Source: Squalus acanthias (taxonomy: Eukaryota). From it: a stretch of 64,000 nt of DNA. The notes under the pieces are model-generated. The model saw only the letters and a program-made list of their open reading frames with translations. It ran no database searches and was not told where the DNA came from. Location: contig CM059425.1 in assembly GCA_030390025.1 (NCBI GenBank), positions 165,604,001 to 165,668,000 on the forward strand, read 5' to 3'. This document shows, one piece after another, positions 1 through 13,165 of this stretch (positions within the stretch are counted from its first letter, which is position 1; each line of letters opens with the position of its first letter). Both the position numbers and the translations under genes were made by a program.

Positions 1-95
1 GGATGATCAGCCATGATCGCATTGAATGGCGGAGCAGGCTAGAGGGGCCGAATGGCCTACTCCTGCTCCTATCTTCTATGTTTCTATGTTTCTAT
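1..95 (+). mobile_element. CR1 LINE 3' end with (TTTCTATG)n tail
   Basis: gatcagccatgatc...ggcggagcaggc...gaatggcctactcctgctcct followed by tandem ttctatgt; same 3' end as the CR1 copies ending near 9297 and 34473. Confidence 0.85.
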
Positions 96-1345
96 TGAGG
101 GAGTGAATGTTTAAGGTGGTGGATGGGGTGCCAATCAAGCGGGCTGCTTTGTCCTGGATGGTGTTGAGATTCTTGAGTGTTGTTGGAGCTGCGCTCATCC
201 AGGCAAGTGAAGAATATTCCATCACACTCCTTACTTGTGCCTTGTAGATGGTGGAAAGGCTTTGGGGAGTCAGGAGGTGAAACACTCGCCGCAGAATACC
301 TAGCCTCTGACCTGCTCTTGTTGTCACAGTATTTATGTGGTTGGTCCAGTTAAGTTTCTGGTCAATGGTGACCCCCAGGATATTGATGGTGGGGGATTCG
401 GCAATGGTAATGCCGTTGAATGTCAAGGGGCGGTGGTTAGACTCTTGCTTGTTGGAGATAGTCATCGCCTGGCACTTCTGTGGTGTGAATGCTAGCTGCC
501 ACTTATCAGCCCAAGCCTGAATGTCGTCCAGGTCTTGTTGCATGCGGGCATAGACTGCTTCATTATCTGAGGAGTTGCAAATGGCACTGAACACTGTGCA
601 ATCATCAGCGAACATCCCCACTTCTGACCTTATGATGGAGGGAAGGTCATCGATGAAGCAGCTGAAGATGTTTGGGCCTAGGAAACTGCCGTGAGAAAGT
701 CCTGCAGCGATGTCCTGGAGCTGTGATGATTGACCTTCAATCACCACAACCATCTTCCTTTGTGCTAGGTATGACTCCAGCCAGTGGAGAGTTTCCCCCC
801 TGATTCCCATTGACCTCAGTTTTACTAGGGCTCCTTGATGCCAGACTTGGTCAAATGCTGCCTTGATGTCAAGGGCTGTCACTCACACCTCACCTCTGGA
901 ATTCAGCTCCTTTGTCCATGTTTGGACCAAGGCTGTAATGAGGTCGGGAGCCGAGTGGTCCTGGCGGAACCCAAACTGGGCATCAGTGAGCAGGTTATTA
1001 GTGAGTAAGTGCCGTTTGATAGCACTGTCGACGACACCTTCCATCACTTTGCTGATGATTGAGAGTAGACTGATGGGACAGTAATTGACCGGATTGGATT
1101 TGTCCTGCTTTTTGTGGACAGGACATACCTGGGCAGTTTTCCACATTGTCGGATAGATGCCAGTGTTATAGCTGTACTGGAACAGCTTGTCTAGAGGTGC
1201 GGCTAGTTCTGGTGCACAAGTCTTCAGCACGACAGCCGGGATGTTGTCGGGGCCCATAGCCTTTGCTGTATCCAGTGCGCTCAGCCGTTTCTTGCTACCA
1301 TGTGGCGTGATTCGAATTGGCTGAAGACTGGCTTCGGTGATGAGG
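96..1345 (-). mobile_element. Non-LTR retrotransposon 'family A' (CR1/L2-group, Daphne/Crack-like) RT fragment, disrupted
   Basis: ORFs 883-1257 and 76-882 contain QFGFR, ALDIKAAFD and MFADD RT motifs; near-identical to 3544-4800. Confidence 0.85.
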
Positions 1346-3254
1346 CCCTCGTCCCAATAACGGGCGTCTCAGGCCTCACCATTCAGGCGTAGGGATTGTA
1401 CCAAAAATGGGTGCACCTGAAATTGTCGGCCATTATTTCTTCCATTATCCACTTGTATCCTCAGTGAGAGAGTATGGTGCGGGAAAGAGAATAAGATGGC
1501 TTTTCATGGGTTGGTAGAGGCTCGTGCAAACAGAAGAATTAATTTGGCAATTCTAATTTCCATACTTTTCTATCTTGGTCTGTTTGTTTGTCTCTCTGTA
1601 TTTTTTGTATCAGCATATAGAGTACTACAATAAAGACAGACACAAAGCTTTGGTTTGAGGCTTGTCTTATGATTGTGTATCAATATCATGTTAAGCCATG
1701 TGTAGCACTAATGAGTACATCGCCTCCAGATTAGCCATGTCATGTATTCTGAAAGAAAACTACACTGTCTGCTAGACCGTGTGCTTGTGTTAATAGCCAG
1801 CTTTTGGCCCCTACAACATGCAACTTACCTGAGGATTGGGAAATACCTTGGACATAAAAGCTCAACTGCTAAGTGATATTGAACATCTAGTTACCATTTT
1901 ACAGCTTTGAGTCCCAGAGCTCCTTGTAACTCAGATTTGCTGGCCTTAGAGAATGTAATTCATTAGCTCTTTGCCTCAGTGCTGGAGTACTTTAAAGAAA
2001 CAAGGTACTCCAAATTGGGAAAAGAAAAGTTGTCACGATTGATCTGCTCCACTTGAATTTCATTTCCTGTGCATTGATCGTTTTGATATTGTTGAGAAGT
2101 TCAGAAAATGATGCCCTACTGACTGCTGAATAATATGTTGTAGTACATATTTAGCAAGATATTGGTCATAGTTAAGCCAGACCTCTACATTTATGGTAGG
2201 AACGCAAGAGTTGGTGCAGTTACACCTCAACATTCTGAAACAATTCAAATAATCATAGCAATGAAATCTCAAGACACCACTTCTCCTGTTTGTAGTACTC
2301 TCTCTCAGACAGGGTCATCACCTGGAATTGTGTCACTTGTATACAGATATTTAAATACAGAGCTAACCATTACTCACTGAGCCAGGTTTGCTGGAACATG
2401 CAGTAGGCTGTGGGAAATCTATTATTTGTTCACACTCTAGTCTTTCTGTGCTCCAGCAATCATCAGGTACAATTTTATGTTTCCTTGTTACAATTTCTCC
2501 AGCTCAGCACTGTTTTTATCACAGCATTCACTGATATTTTGCACATACTGGAGACGAACATTTGGAATTTGACTTTGCTGAAGTTTGGATGGCATTTCCC
2601 AATCAGACACCTCTCCAAATTCTGGTTAGCAGGAATTCCCAAAATTTGTCAGTGTTCACGTTCAGTTAAACAAGTGAACGCTTGCATAGCATACTACCAA
2701 AATTAATTTTAGATAAAACCACAATAATATAAATATATATTTTTTTAATTGTTACATCTCATAGACAAAAGAGCAAATTTCATCAGAAAGTTGATTTGGA
2801 TAAATTGTTCACTTTAACAAAGGGCTTAAATACCAAAGGAACGTAATTTCTAAATTATGAAGTTAAGAGTAAGAAGAGAAGTCAGGTGGAGCTTTTCCAT
2901 CCAAAGATTAATAGGCCTGAATAAGTTAAAGAGAAGGCAATTGATGTGGACGATATAAATGAGTTCATAAGGCAATAGATATATTTCTGGAAAAACAAGG
3001 GATTGTAGCATATGTTGAGAAGGTGGATAAATAGGGATGAGAGTGATCAAAAAGTAATGGGTTTGTTGAGACTAATGCGTTTTTCTTGTTTCTAAAAATT
3101 CTCATGTTCTTCTGCCATAGTTGTTACTCATAAAGAACCTGGAGGTGTAAAGCAGATGGCATTTATGGAGTCCTGTGGTGCTTTTCTTCAAAGCCTAACA
3201 ACCTCCATTTCATAACGCAGTGTCTCACAGCAGTATGCAGGAATCTTTTTTTTT

Positions 3255-6200
3255 TATTTGTTTTTATGTGATGTGGGTGTCGCTGGCAAGGCCAGCATTT
3301 ATTGCCCATCCCTAATTGCCCTTGAGAAGGTGGTGGTGAGCCGCCTTCTTGAACCGCTGCAGTCCGTGTGGTGAAGGTACTTCCCACAGTGCTGTTAGGT
3401 AGGGAGTTCCAGGATTTTGACCAAGCGACGATGAAGGATTGGCGATATATTTCTAAGTCAGGATGATGTGTGACTTGGAGGGGAACTTGGAGGTGGTGGT
3501 GTTCCCATGCGTCTGCTGCCCTTGTCCTTCTAGGTTGAAGAGGTCACGGGTTTGGGAGGTGCTGCCGAAGAAGCCTTGACAAGTTGCTGCAGTGCATCTT
3601 GTAGATGGTACACACTGCAGCCACGGTACACCGGTGGTGGAGGGAGTGGATGTTTAAGGTGGTAGAGGTGGTGCCAATCAAACGGGCTGCTTTGTCCTGG
3701 ATGGTGTCGAGCTTCTTGAGTGTTGTTGGAGCTGCACTGATCCAGGCAAGTGGAGAGTATTCCATCACACTCCTTACTTGTGCCTTGTAGATGGTAGAAA
3801 GGCTTTGGGGAGTCAGGAGGTGAGACACTCGCTGCAAAATACCGAGCCTCTGACCTGCTCTTGTTGCCACAGTATTTATGTGGCTGGTCCAGTTAAGTTT
3901 CTGGTCAATGGTGACCCCCAGGATGTTGATGGAGGGGGATTCGGTGATAGTAATGCCATTGAATGTCAAGGGGCGGTGTTTAGACTCTCGCTTGTTGGAG
4001 ATAGTCATTGCCTGGCACTTCTGTGGTGTGAATGTTACCTGCCACTTATCAGCCCAAGCCTGAACGTCGTCCAGCTCTTGTTGCATGCGGCAATGGACTG
4101 CTTCATTATCTGAGGAGTTGTGAATGGTGCTGAACACTGTGCAGTCATCAGCGAACATCCCCATTTCTGACCTTATGTTGGAGGGAAGGTCATTGATGAA
4201 GCAGCTGAAGATGGTTGGGCCTGGGACACTGCCCTGAGGAACTCCTGCAGCGATGTCCTGGGGCTGTGATGATTGACCTTCAATCACCACAAACATCTTC
4301 CTTTGTGCTAGGTATGACTCCAGCCAGCAGAGAGTTTTCCCCCTGATTCCCATTGACTTCAGTTTTACTAGGGCTCCTTCATGCCACACTCGGTCAAATG
4401 CTGCCTTGATGTCAAGGGCAGTCACTCTCACCTCACCTCTGGAATTCAGCTCCTTTGTCCATGTTTGGACCAAGGCTGTAATGAGGTCGGGAGCCGAGTG
4501 GTCTTGGTGGAACCCAAACTGGGCATCAGTGAGCAGGTTATTGGTGAGTAGGTGCCGCTTGATAGCACTGTCGATGACACCTTCCATCACTTTGCTGATG
4601 ATTGAGAGTAGACTGATGGGGCGTTAATTGGCCGGATTGGATTTGTCCTGCTTTTTGTGGACAGGACACAGCTGGGCAGCTTTCCACATTGTCGGATAGA
4701 TGCCAGTGTTGTAGCTGTATTGGAACAGCTTGGCTAGAGGCGCGGCTAGTTCTGGAGCACAAGTCTTCAGCACGACAGCCAGGACGTTGTCAGGGCCCAT
4801 TACCTTTGCTGTATCAGTGCGCTCAGCCGTTTCTTGATATCATGTGGGATGATTCGAATTGGCTGAAGACTGGCTTCTGTGATAGTGGGGACCGCAGGAA
4901 GAGGCCGATATGGATCATCCACTCGGCACTTCTGGCTGAAGATGATTGCAAACGCTTCAGCCTTGTCTTTTGCACTGACATGCTGGGCTCCACCATCATT
5001 GAGGATGGGGATATTCATGGAGCCTCCTCCTCCCGTTAGTTGTTTAATGGTCCACCACCATTCACGACTGGATGTGGCAGGACTACAGAGCTTTGATCTG
5101 ATCCGTTGATTGTGGGATCGCTTAGCCATGTCTATAGCATGCTGCTTCCGCTTTTTAGCATGCATGTAGTCCTGTGCTGCAGCTTCCCCAGGTTGGCGCC
5201 TCATTTGTAGGTATGCCTGTAGCTGCTCCTGGCATGCTCTTCTACACTCCTTATTGAACCAGGGTTGGTCCCCTGGCTTGATGGTAATGGTAGAGTGAGG
5301 GATATGCAGGGCCATGAGGTTACAGATTGTGGTGGAATACAATTCTGCTGCTGCTGATGGCCCACAGTGCCTCATGGATGCCCAGTTTGGAGCTGCTAGA
5401 TCAGTTCTGAATCTATCCCATTTAGCACGATGGTAGTGCCACACATGATGGAGGGTGTCCTCAGTGTGAAGACAGGACTTTGTCTCCACAATGACTGTGC
5501 GGTGGTCACTGCTACCAATACTGTCATGGACAGATGCATCTGCAACAGGTAGATTGGTGAGGACAAGGTCAAGTAGGTTTTTCCCTCGTGTTTGTTCTTT
5601 CACCACCTGTCACAGGCCCAGACTGGCAGCTATGTCCTTCAGGACTCGGCCAGCTCAGTCAGTAGTGGTGCTACCGAGCCACTCTTGGTGATGGACATTG
5701 AAGTCCCCCACCCAGAGTACATTCTGTGCCCTTGCTTCTCTCAGTGCTTCTTCCAAATGGTGTTCAACATGGTGGAGTACTGATTCATCAGCTGAGGGAG
5801 GGCGGTAGGTGGTAATCTGCAGGAGGTTTCGTTGCCCATGCTTGACCTGATGCCATGAGACTTCATGGGGTCCGGAGTCAATGTTGAGGACTCCCAGGGC
5901 CACTTCTTCCCGACTGTATACCACTGTACCGCCACCCCTGGTGGGTCTGTCCTGCCGGTGGGACAGGACATACCCAGGGATGGTGGTGGAGGAATTTGGG
6001 ACATTGGCTGAAAGGTATGATTCTGTGAGTATGACTATGTCAGGCTGTTGCTTGACTAGTCTGTGGGACAGCTCTCCCAATTTTGGCACAAGTCCCCAGA
6101 TGTTAGTGAGGAGAACTTTGCAGGGTCGACTGGGCTGGGTGTGCCTTTGCCGTGTCTGTAGCCGGTGCCGAGGTCAATGCTGGGTGGTTCGTCCGGTTTC

Positions 6201-6558
6201 ATTTTTATTATTTTGTTTTGTAGTGGTTTGTTACAAATGAGTGGCTTGCTAGGCCATTTCAGAGGGCAATTAAGAGTCAACCACATTGCTGTGGGTCTGG
6301 AGTCACATATAGGCCAGACCAGGTAAGGACGGCAGATTTCCTTCCCTAAAGGACATTAGTGAACCAGATGGGTTTTTACGACAATCCGATAGTTTCATGG
6401 TCACCATTACTGGCACTAGCTTTTTATTCCAGATTTATTTAATTAACTGATTTAAATTCCCCAGCTGCCGTGGTGGGATTTGAACTCACGTCTCTGGATC
6501 AATAGTCCAGGCCTCTGGATTTCTAGCCCAGTGACATTACCACTATGCTACCGTTCCC
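3255..6558 (-). mobile_element. Near full-length family A LINE (tRNA-like head + APE endonuclease + RT, frameshifted)
   Basis: EN motifs (NIWGL, ILTES, YRPP, VGDFNVH, LDLVLTN, SDH) at ~5490-6120; RT motifs (GVPQGS, FADD) in 3544-4590; A-rich tail near 3245-3265. Confidence 0.85.
6470..6558 (-). promoter_or_regulatory. tRNA-derived Pol III head (A and B boxes) at the 5' end of the family A LINE
   Basis: Minus strand reads GGGAACGGTAGCATAGTGG (A box)...GAGTTCAAATCCC (B box); same head at 52449-52535. Confidence 0.75.
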
Positions 6559-8319
6559 ATAATTAGCACTTCTTTTCCTGTACCATTTTCCTTTTGAGAG
6601 TCATTCCCCAGACAATCTTCTCCCTGGCACTTAGAAAGGTATTAAAAGTGAAAGGCTGTGTGCAGCAGGTGACACTTTTACAGCTCTGTAATTTGTGGCT
6701 TTGTCTGGATGCCCTATTTTTTACATCACAAAGCCTCGATGTGTTTGCTTCCATTATCGACAGAGCAATTTACTTGGCATCCTGTGGAAAGCCACATCAA
6801 GAGAATTGTTGCCTTCATCAGACTAATGCATCCTTTAAAGTAGAGGAAGCAGTTTCAGGAAGCTCTTTATCAGACACGTTGGTCCAAACAAGTGAAATAA
6901 ACCTGTCAGGGTTTCCCCATCATGAATGCCCTCAGCAAGGTGAGCTGGTGTCAATATATAGTTTGAAACACTCATTGACAAAATGGTTTGAATGTTGTCG
7001 CAATAGTATTCAGAATGCTGTTTCTCATGTTTTGTAAAATAATGATCATTTGTTTGAGTTACTTAAAATTCTCACATACACATTACATTGAAACCAAATG
7101 TTACTTCAGCATCTTTGTTTAAGGTTGTCACGACCTTCTCCATTTGCATTTTCTGTGAGCTTGGGATGATTTAGAATCTGGATGTCCACAAAGGATTTAG
7201 TGCAATAAAACATTGAATTAATCAACTATAAATCAAAGAATGATATAAAACAATTAAATTACCTATATAATGCCTATAATAAAGTCTTAAAGGGTTAACT
7301 TAATCCAGCCTAAACATATTCTCAATATTCTCATGGATTTATAAGACTTTTACATGTAGGTTAGTTATGAGAGATTACACTTCTCCTTTTGTTTTAATTT
7401 TTATTAAATTGATCCAAATTATCAATAATTTTGTCATATTTAATTTTCTTAGAAAATACATATTCTGATAATATGGGAGTTGATATTGGTCATTACAATA
7501 TAATGTGATCACGCTGACTGGCACTTGTATTTTTCTGTGGTGTGTCGAAACTCACAGAGTATTGACCTTTGCTTCACATGTCTTTTCAATGTCATTGAAA
7601 AGTGGACAGCAGGATCCTTTGGGAAGGATGTTATTTTCATTAAGTGCAGCTTTGCAAATGCCAACACTACAATAGTTCTAAAACTGTACTCTTTTTGGTC
7701 GTATAATGTGGAATTATGACTTTTGCCAGGTGGAATGACCATATACCGCGCCAGGAAATAAACAATATCAATGTAATAGAAAAAGGAAATTCACCCGATT
7801 AAACAATCCTACGAAAAAATATTAGGAATTGGAAACTGGGACCTCTGTACAGTTGGGGGTACAAGAGGCTTAAGGCTATGTTTTAAATGTTTGGCTGTCT
7901 GAACATGGAAATAGTGGCACAGCACCACTGCCCCCAGTGTTATCTTATGTGTGACAGAATAACACTTATGTAGTGCTTGCCATATTGCAATCATGGGGAT
8001 TAGCCTGTTCTCACTTCCTTCATAAAACAAACAAACATTCTGCAATACCAGCAACAGAAAAATGTGAACACAATCGCTTTGGTTACCACTGTTAAATAAC
8101 ATCAATGCCCCACTTGTCATAGTGCTCACTATTTAGTGTACTGCAACAGAAATAAAAATAAACCCTTTGGTGCGGTAATTCAGCTGTTATCAATGTATCT
8201 ACATTCAGATAAATGACAGAAACATGGAAAATTAAGAACAGTGATGAATGAAGTTGTCATGATGTGTCATATCTGATCATTTTTAGAGAACTTTAATTAC
8301 TGAACCAAATTGTTGAATA

Positions 8320-9297
8320 TTCTATATCAATGATTTGGATGAGGGGACTAAATGTAATATTTCCAAATTTGCTGATGATATAAAGCTAGGTGGCAGTATC
8401 AGTTGTAAAGAGGATGTGAAGAGGCTTCAAGGGGATCTCGACAGGCTCAGTGAGTGGGCGAGAACATGGCAGATGGAATATAATGTGGATAAATGTGAAG
8501 TTATCTACTTTGGTAGAAAAAACAGAAAGGCAGAGTATTTCCTAAATGGTGAAAGATTGGGGAATGCAGTTGCTCAAAGGGTCCTGGGTGTCCTTGTACA
8601 TGAGTCACTGAAAGTGAATGTGCAGGTGCAGCAAGCCATTAGGAAGGCAAATGGTATGCTGGCCTTCATTACAAGAGGATTTGAGTACAGGGGTAAAGAA
8701 GTCTTACTCCAATTATATAGGGCCTTGGTGAGACCACACCTAGAGTACTGTGTACAATTTTGGTCTCCTTACCTAAGGAAGGATATACTTGCCATAGAGG
8801 GAGTGCAACGAAGGTTCACGAGATTGATTCCTGAGATGGCGGGACTGTCGTATGAGAAGAGATTGAGTAAACTAGGCCTGTATTCTCTTGAATTCAGAAG
8901 AATGAGAGGGGATCTCATTGAAGCATACAAAATTATTACAGGGCTTGATAGGGTGGATGCTGGGAGAATGTTTCCCTTGGCTGGGGAGTCTAGAACCAGG
9001 GGCCACAGCCTCAGGGTAAAGGGTAGGCCATTCAGGACTGAGATGAGAAGAAAGTTCTTCACACAGAGGGTGGTGAATCTTTGGAATTCTCTACCCCAGA
9101 GGGCTGTGGAGGCTCAGTCATTGGGTATATTCAAAACAGAAGTCGATAGATTTCTGACTAGTAAAGGCATGAAGAGATATGGCGATAGGGCCGGTGAATG
9201 GAGTTGAGGCAGAAGATCAGCCATGATCTCATTGAATGGCGGAGCAGGCTCGAAGGGCCGAATGGCCTACTTCTGCTCCTATTTCTTATGTTCTTAT
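8320..9297 (+). mobile_element. 5'-truncated CR1 LINE (RT C-terminal part open, 8335-9207)
   Basis: KFADD, LVRPHLEYCVQFWSP, FFTQRVVNLWNSLP; CR1 3' UTR and tail. Confidence 0.9.
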
Positions 9298-10004
9298 TTT
9301 ATATTTTTTCCCCTTGCCTATTTTCTTTCTTCCACCTCCTTCCCTTTTCTTCCTCTCCTGAAGGCTCTGAGTTTTGTATCAGTATCTTCCAGAAATAGTT
9401 ATTATTCATGTGTGAACCTTGACAGAGTTTATTGGTAGGGTATTTGACTGCGAGGGACATCAGAGCGAAGGCAAGTCCTGTCCTTAGCCATTGGTCACAC
9501 AATCGTATTTCCACTAAATCTTTATTTTAAGTTTTACCCAAAAGGCCATCTGGTACTATCCAGTTAGGTTACGTAATGGATCACAGGCTGCCTCGTATAG
9601 CTTACCACTAATACCGATCCATTCTTTTCAGGAGACTTTAGATTTAGTGGCTTAACTTATAACTGAGGGAATTGCTATGCTATTGAGCTTAAGGGGAAGA
9701 CAATACTGGGACCTGAACTTGTAACACCTTAGTGAGTAAAGGACCATTATCTTCTTCCTGGGGGTGGGGGGTTCTCAGGTAGCTTCAGTTCATAATACAG
9801 CTAGGAACATCCTACTCTGAAAACTCAACTTAGAGTCCCCATGTTGGCAGTTGCAGCAAATTAACACTGATCATTTTCTTCATTTTGATTTAAGGAAGAA
9901 AGGCCAAGGGAAGTACTTTGCACTGAAAGCCCTTCTCCACGCATATTATTTAAAAAGAAAAATTGAAAATGGCATCTAATACCTGGTATCAGACATCTTT
10001 ATTT

Positions 10005-10072
10005 TAGTTTAGCGTCTTGGGACGTTTTACTATGTTAAAGGTGCTATATAAATGCAAGTTGTTGTTGTTGTT
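10005..10072 (+). mobile_element. L2/Deu-SINE-type 3' tail fragment
   Basis: ggacgttttactatgttaaaggtgctatataaatgcaagttgttgttg; its reverse complement occurs at 10548-10600. Confidence 0.55.
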
Positions 10073-10547
10073 TTGTTCCCATTGAGACCCAACATTTCAG
10101 TTCTCTGCTCACACCTGCAACCACTCTGATGACATGATCAATGGAAATGGGGCAAGTACATCCCAAAGGATCTCCATTGATTTATAAGATAGGTGGCAAT
10201 TTGACGCATAATGACTGAGATGGAGATACTGGAGTTGCAGCAGTGTTAGTATTGGCTGGATACACAGCTTATCCTTTTATCTTCCTTATATGCCTCCAAT
10301 TGCTCTTTCAGCTAGATCAAAGCACTGACTCAGTGTGTCGGCTTGGTTCAGTTTGTAGCACTCTCATCTTTGGATCAAGCTTGTGGATTGAGGCTCAAAC
10401 CCACAATTATCAAAGTCAGAGATGCTACTAAATGAGCCAAACTGACACACAAATTTGGCGTGTAACTAAAATGAAAATATCTCAGACCATGGGGACGGTA
10501 CCTTCTTGAATTAATTTAAAAAAAATACTACACGCAGGGTTATGATA

Positions 10548-10880
10548 ACAACAATTTGCATTTATATAGAGCCTTTAACATAGTAAAACGTCCCAAAGCA
10601 CTTCACAGTGGTGTAATCAGATAAAAATGAATGTCGAGACAAAGTAAGAGATATTAGGAGGTGTGACCAAAAGCTTGGTCAAAAAGGTGGGTTTTAAGGA
10701 GGACCTTTAAAGGAGGAGAGTGAGGTTGAGAAGAGAAGAGGTTCAGGAAGGGAATTCCAGAGGATGGCGTCTAGACAGCTGAAGGCACAGCTGCCAAGGT
10801 AGGGGAGAGAGGAGGGGATGCACAAAAGGCCAGAGTCAGAGGAATGGTGAGTTCTGGCAAGGGGGTTGTAGGGCTGAAGG
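10548..10880 (-). mobile_element. L2-like LINE 3' fragment
   Basis: Inverted tail motif plus tggaattcccttcct...ttaaaacccacc on the minus strand (WNSLP...LKTH-like terminus). Confidence 0.55.
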
Positions 10881-10884
10881 AATA

Positions 10885-11545
10885 GGGAGCCATATATCCA
10901 TGTTTGCTGAGAACTCTAAGTTGGGTGGCACAGTAGGTAGTGTAAGTGGCAGCAGAAAGTTGCGAAGGGACATTGATAGATTGTGAGTGGGTTAAACTGT
11001 GGCAGATGGAGTTCAATGTGGGAAAGTGTGAAGTCATCTAATTTGGACCTAAGAAAGACAGATCAGAGTATTCTCAATTGTAAGAAGGTAGGAACTGTGT
11101 AGGAGCAGAGAGATTTACAGAAATCACTAACAGCTAGTGGACAGGTACAAAAAATAATTAAAAAGGCTAATAGAATGTTAGCTTTTATCTCAAGGGAGTT
11201 GGAATAGAAAGGGGTGGAAGTTATGCTACAGTTGTATAAAGCTCTGCTTAGACCGCATCTGGAGTACTGCGTTCCGTTCTGGGCACCGCTCCTCAGGAAG
11301 GATATACTGGCCTTGGCGGGTGTGCTATGCAGATTCACCAAAATGACACCGGGGCTAAAAGGGTTAAATTAAGAGGACAGATTACATAGACTAGGCTTGT
11401 ATTCCCTTGAGTATCGAAGACTAAGGAGTGAGCGAATTGAGGTGGTTAAGATGATTAAAGGCTTTGACAGCGTAGATAGAGAGAAACTATTTCCTCTGGT
11501 GGGGGTGTCCAGAACAAGGCGACATAACCTTAAAATTAGAGCTAA
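10885..11545 (+). mobile_element. Degenerate CR1 RT C-terminal fragment
   Basis: Remnants of WQMEFNVGKCEV, LYKALLRPHLEYC, YSLEYRRL and SRTRRHNLK. Confidence 0.8.
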
Positions 11546-12917
11546 AGAGTGGAAAAAGGGTGGTAAGTGCAGCCCCACAATTTTCATTACACAACTGCCC
11601 TGTTCCTGCCCAGTGGATACAATTAAAATCAGCCGTATCGTGTTATTTAGCCTTTAAGTTCTTTTCTATATATATTGACTGCCAGTGTCAGAGTTTACAT
11701 GTGGAGGCATGGTACAGTCCTACAGAAAACACAGGAATATAGTTTCTATAAAAGAGGATTTGATAGCTAAAGCTATTTACTATGGCGTTTTGGAAGAGCT
11801 GCATTTTAATGTTAATCAGCACAAATTTGAGAATTCAATGCCACATCATCAATGAATTACATTGATGAAATAATTAGTACAGCCAATGAATGCTCACATC
11901 TAAAATAGTGCACAAATAAGAATGGGGATCACTCATTCTGGTTTTGTACATTTTGTATGTAGGGGCTGACCTATTCTGCCAATAAAATGTGCTTAACAAA
12001 AAGAGCTTGTGGTCAATAGCTGATCTGACTGTGTGGAGCTAAAAACCAAGAGCCACCAGCTTTCAGAGGAACAGTAATTAAAATGAAAACACCCTGGAAA
12101 GCTTGTAATGATCTATCGACCTTCTGTGAGGCTAATGATCAACAAAGATGATTTACAGTTTAAAATGAAACAAGCTGCACCTGTGAGTTGATACTTAATA
12201 TAGAAATGTTTGGAAATGTGAAGTTATTGGACACCTGCCAAACACATAAGAAACAGGCAGTGGATTTTCACAATGTTCTCCAGCTTGTGATTCTGTCAGG
12301 AGTTGCTAGTTGTTTGTGTGTGAACATTGTGGAAAAAAGGTTTAGTCTCAGATCAGAAAGCAGCAGAGCATATCAATGGACTATTCAGCAATTGCTTAGT
12401 ATTATTTTTGTTCCAGTTTGTTCTCAGATTTCATTAACATATTTGATGGAAACTGCTTTTCTAGATAATAGTCCAAAACTCAGGGAACATGCAGCATTGT
12501 TTGGCTTCTTACCAAATTATGAAAAACAGATGATCACATAGGCCGAACTTAGAATGCCGAGGGCATAAGCCCTGTTTTTTACCCTGTCTTGTACTACAAA
12601 ACACAAACCTTTGTATTGCACAAGTTGATTGATGTAGTAATAAAGCTTTCATCAGACACCTCTGCAATTACAGATTGGCTATAATCAGACAGGATGATGT
12701 GTTTGTCAGAAGATCTTATCCAGCTGCTTTGGCAGAGTGGTTGATTAGAGTTAAATTGGCAATCCTAGCCTGGAGTCCTTTGGCAATTTCGAACAAGAAT
12801 TTTTTAGAATTTTAAGTGTGAGAACTTTGCAACCCATCAAAGATGTGTGAAACACAGAAAATATTCTAAGACATCCAGCAGATGTTGGTGAAACAAGACT
12901 TTGCGACAGTGCCAATG

Positions 12918-13165
12918 GCCCTGATTTTAACTGGCCCCACCTGGCGGAAATCGGGCCGGGAGGGCAGTTAAAATAACGGGTGTCAATTACCCCCACTGAT
13001 CCCGTTACCTTCCCACAGTGTCCCCATCTTAACCTGCTCTTTTGAGCAGGACACCCACAGCAAGGAAACGGGGTCCTGTTTTAAATTTGCAGATCAGGTC
13101 TGGTGATGTAATCACGACACAATCTGCAATATCAACCAGAGGCCTGAGCAGGGGGGCAGTGTCGG
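12918..13165. mobile_element. Probable MITE/DNA-transposon terminal fragment
   Basis: GC-rich block starting ggccctgattttaac, similar to other GGG(C)...ATTTT termini in the window. Confidence 0.35.

Noticed and set aside
6594..7037. 147-aa ORF in unique sequence with a possible donor near 6940
   Set aside because: TTG start, no recognisable protein and no convincing acceptor.
7582..7602. Perfect 10-bp-arm palindrome CTTTTCAATG-T-CATTGAAAAG
   Set aside because: A single AT-rich occurrence, plausibly chance; nothing else supports a function.
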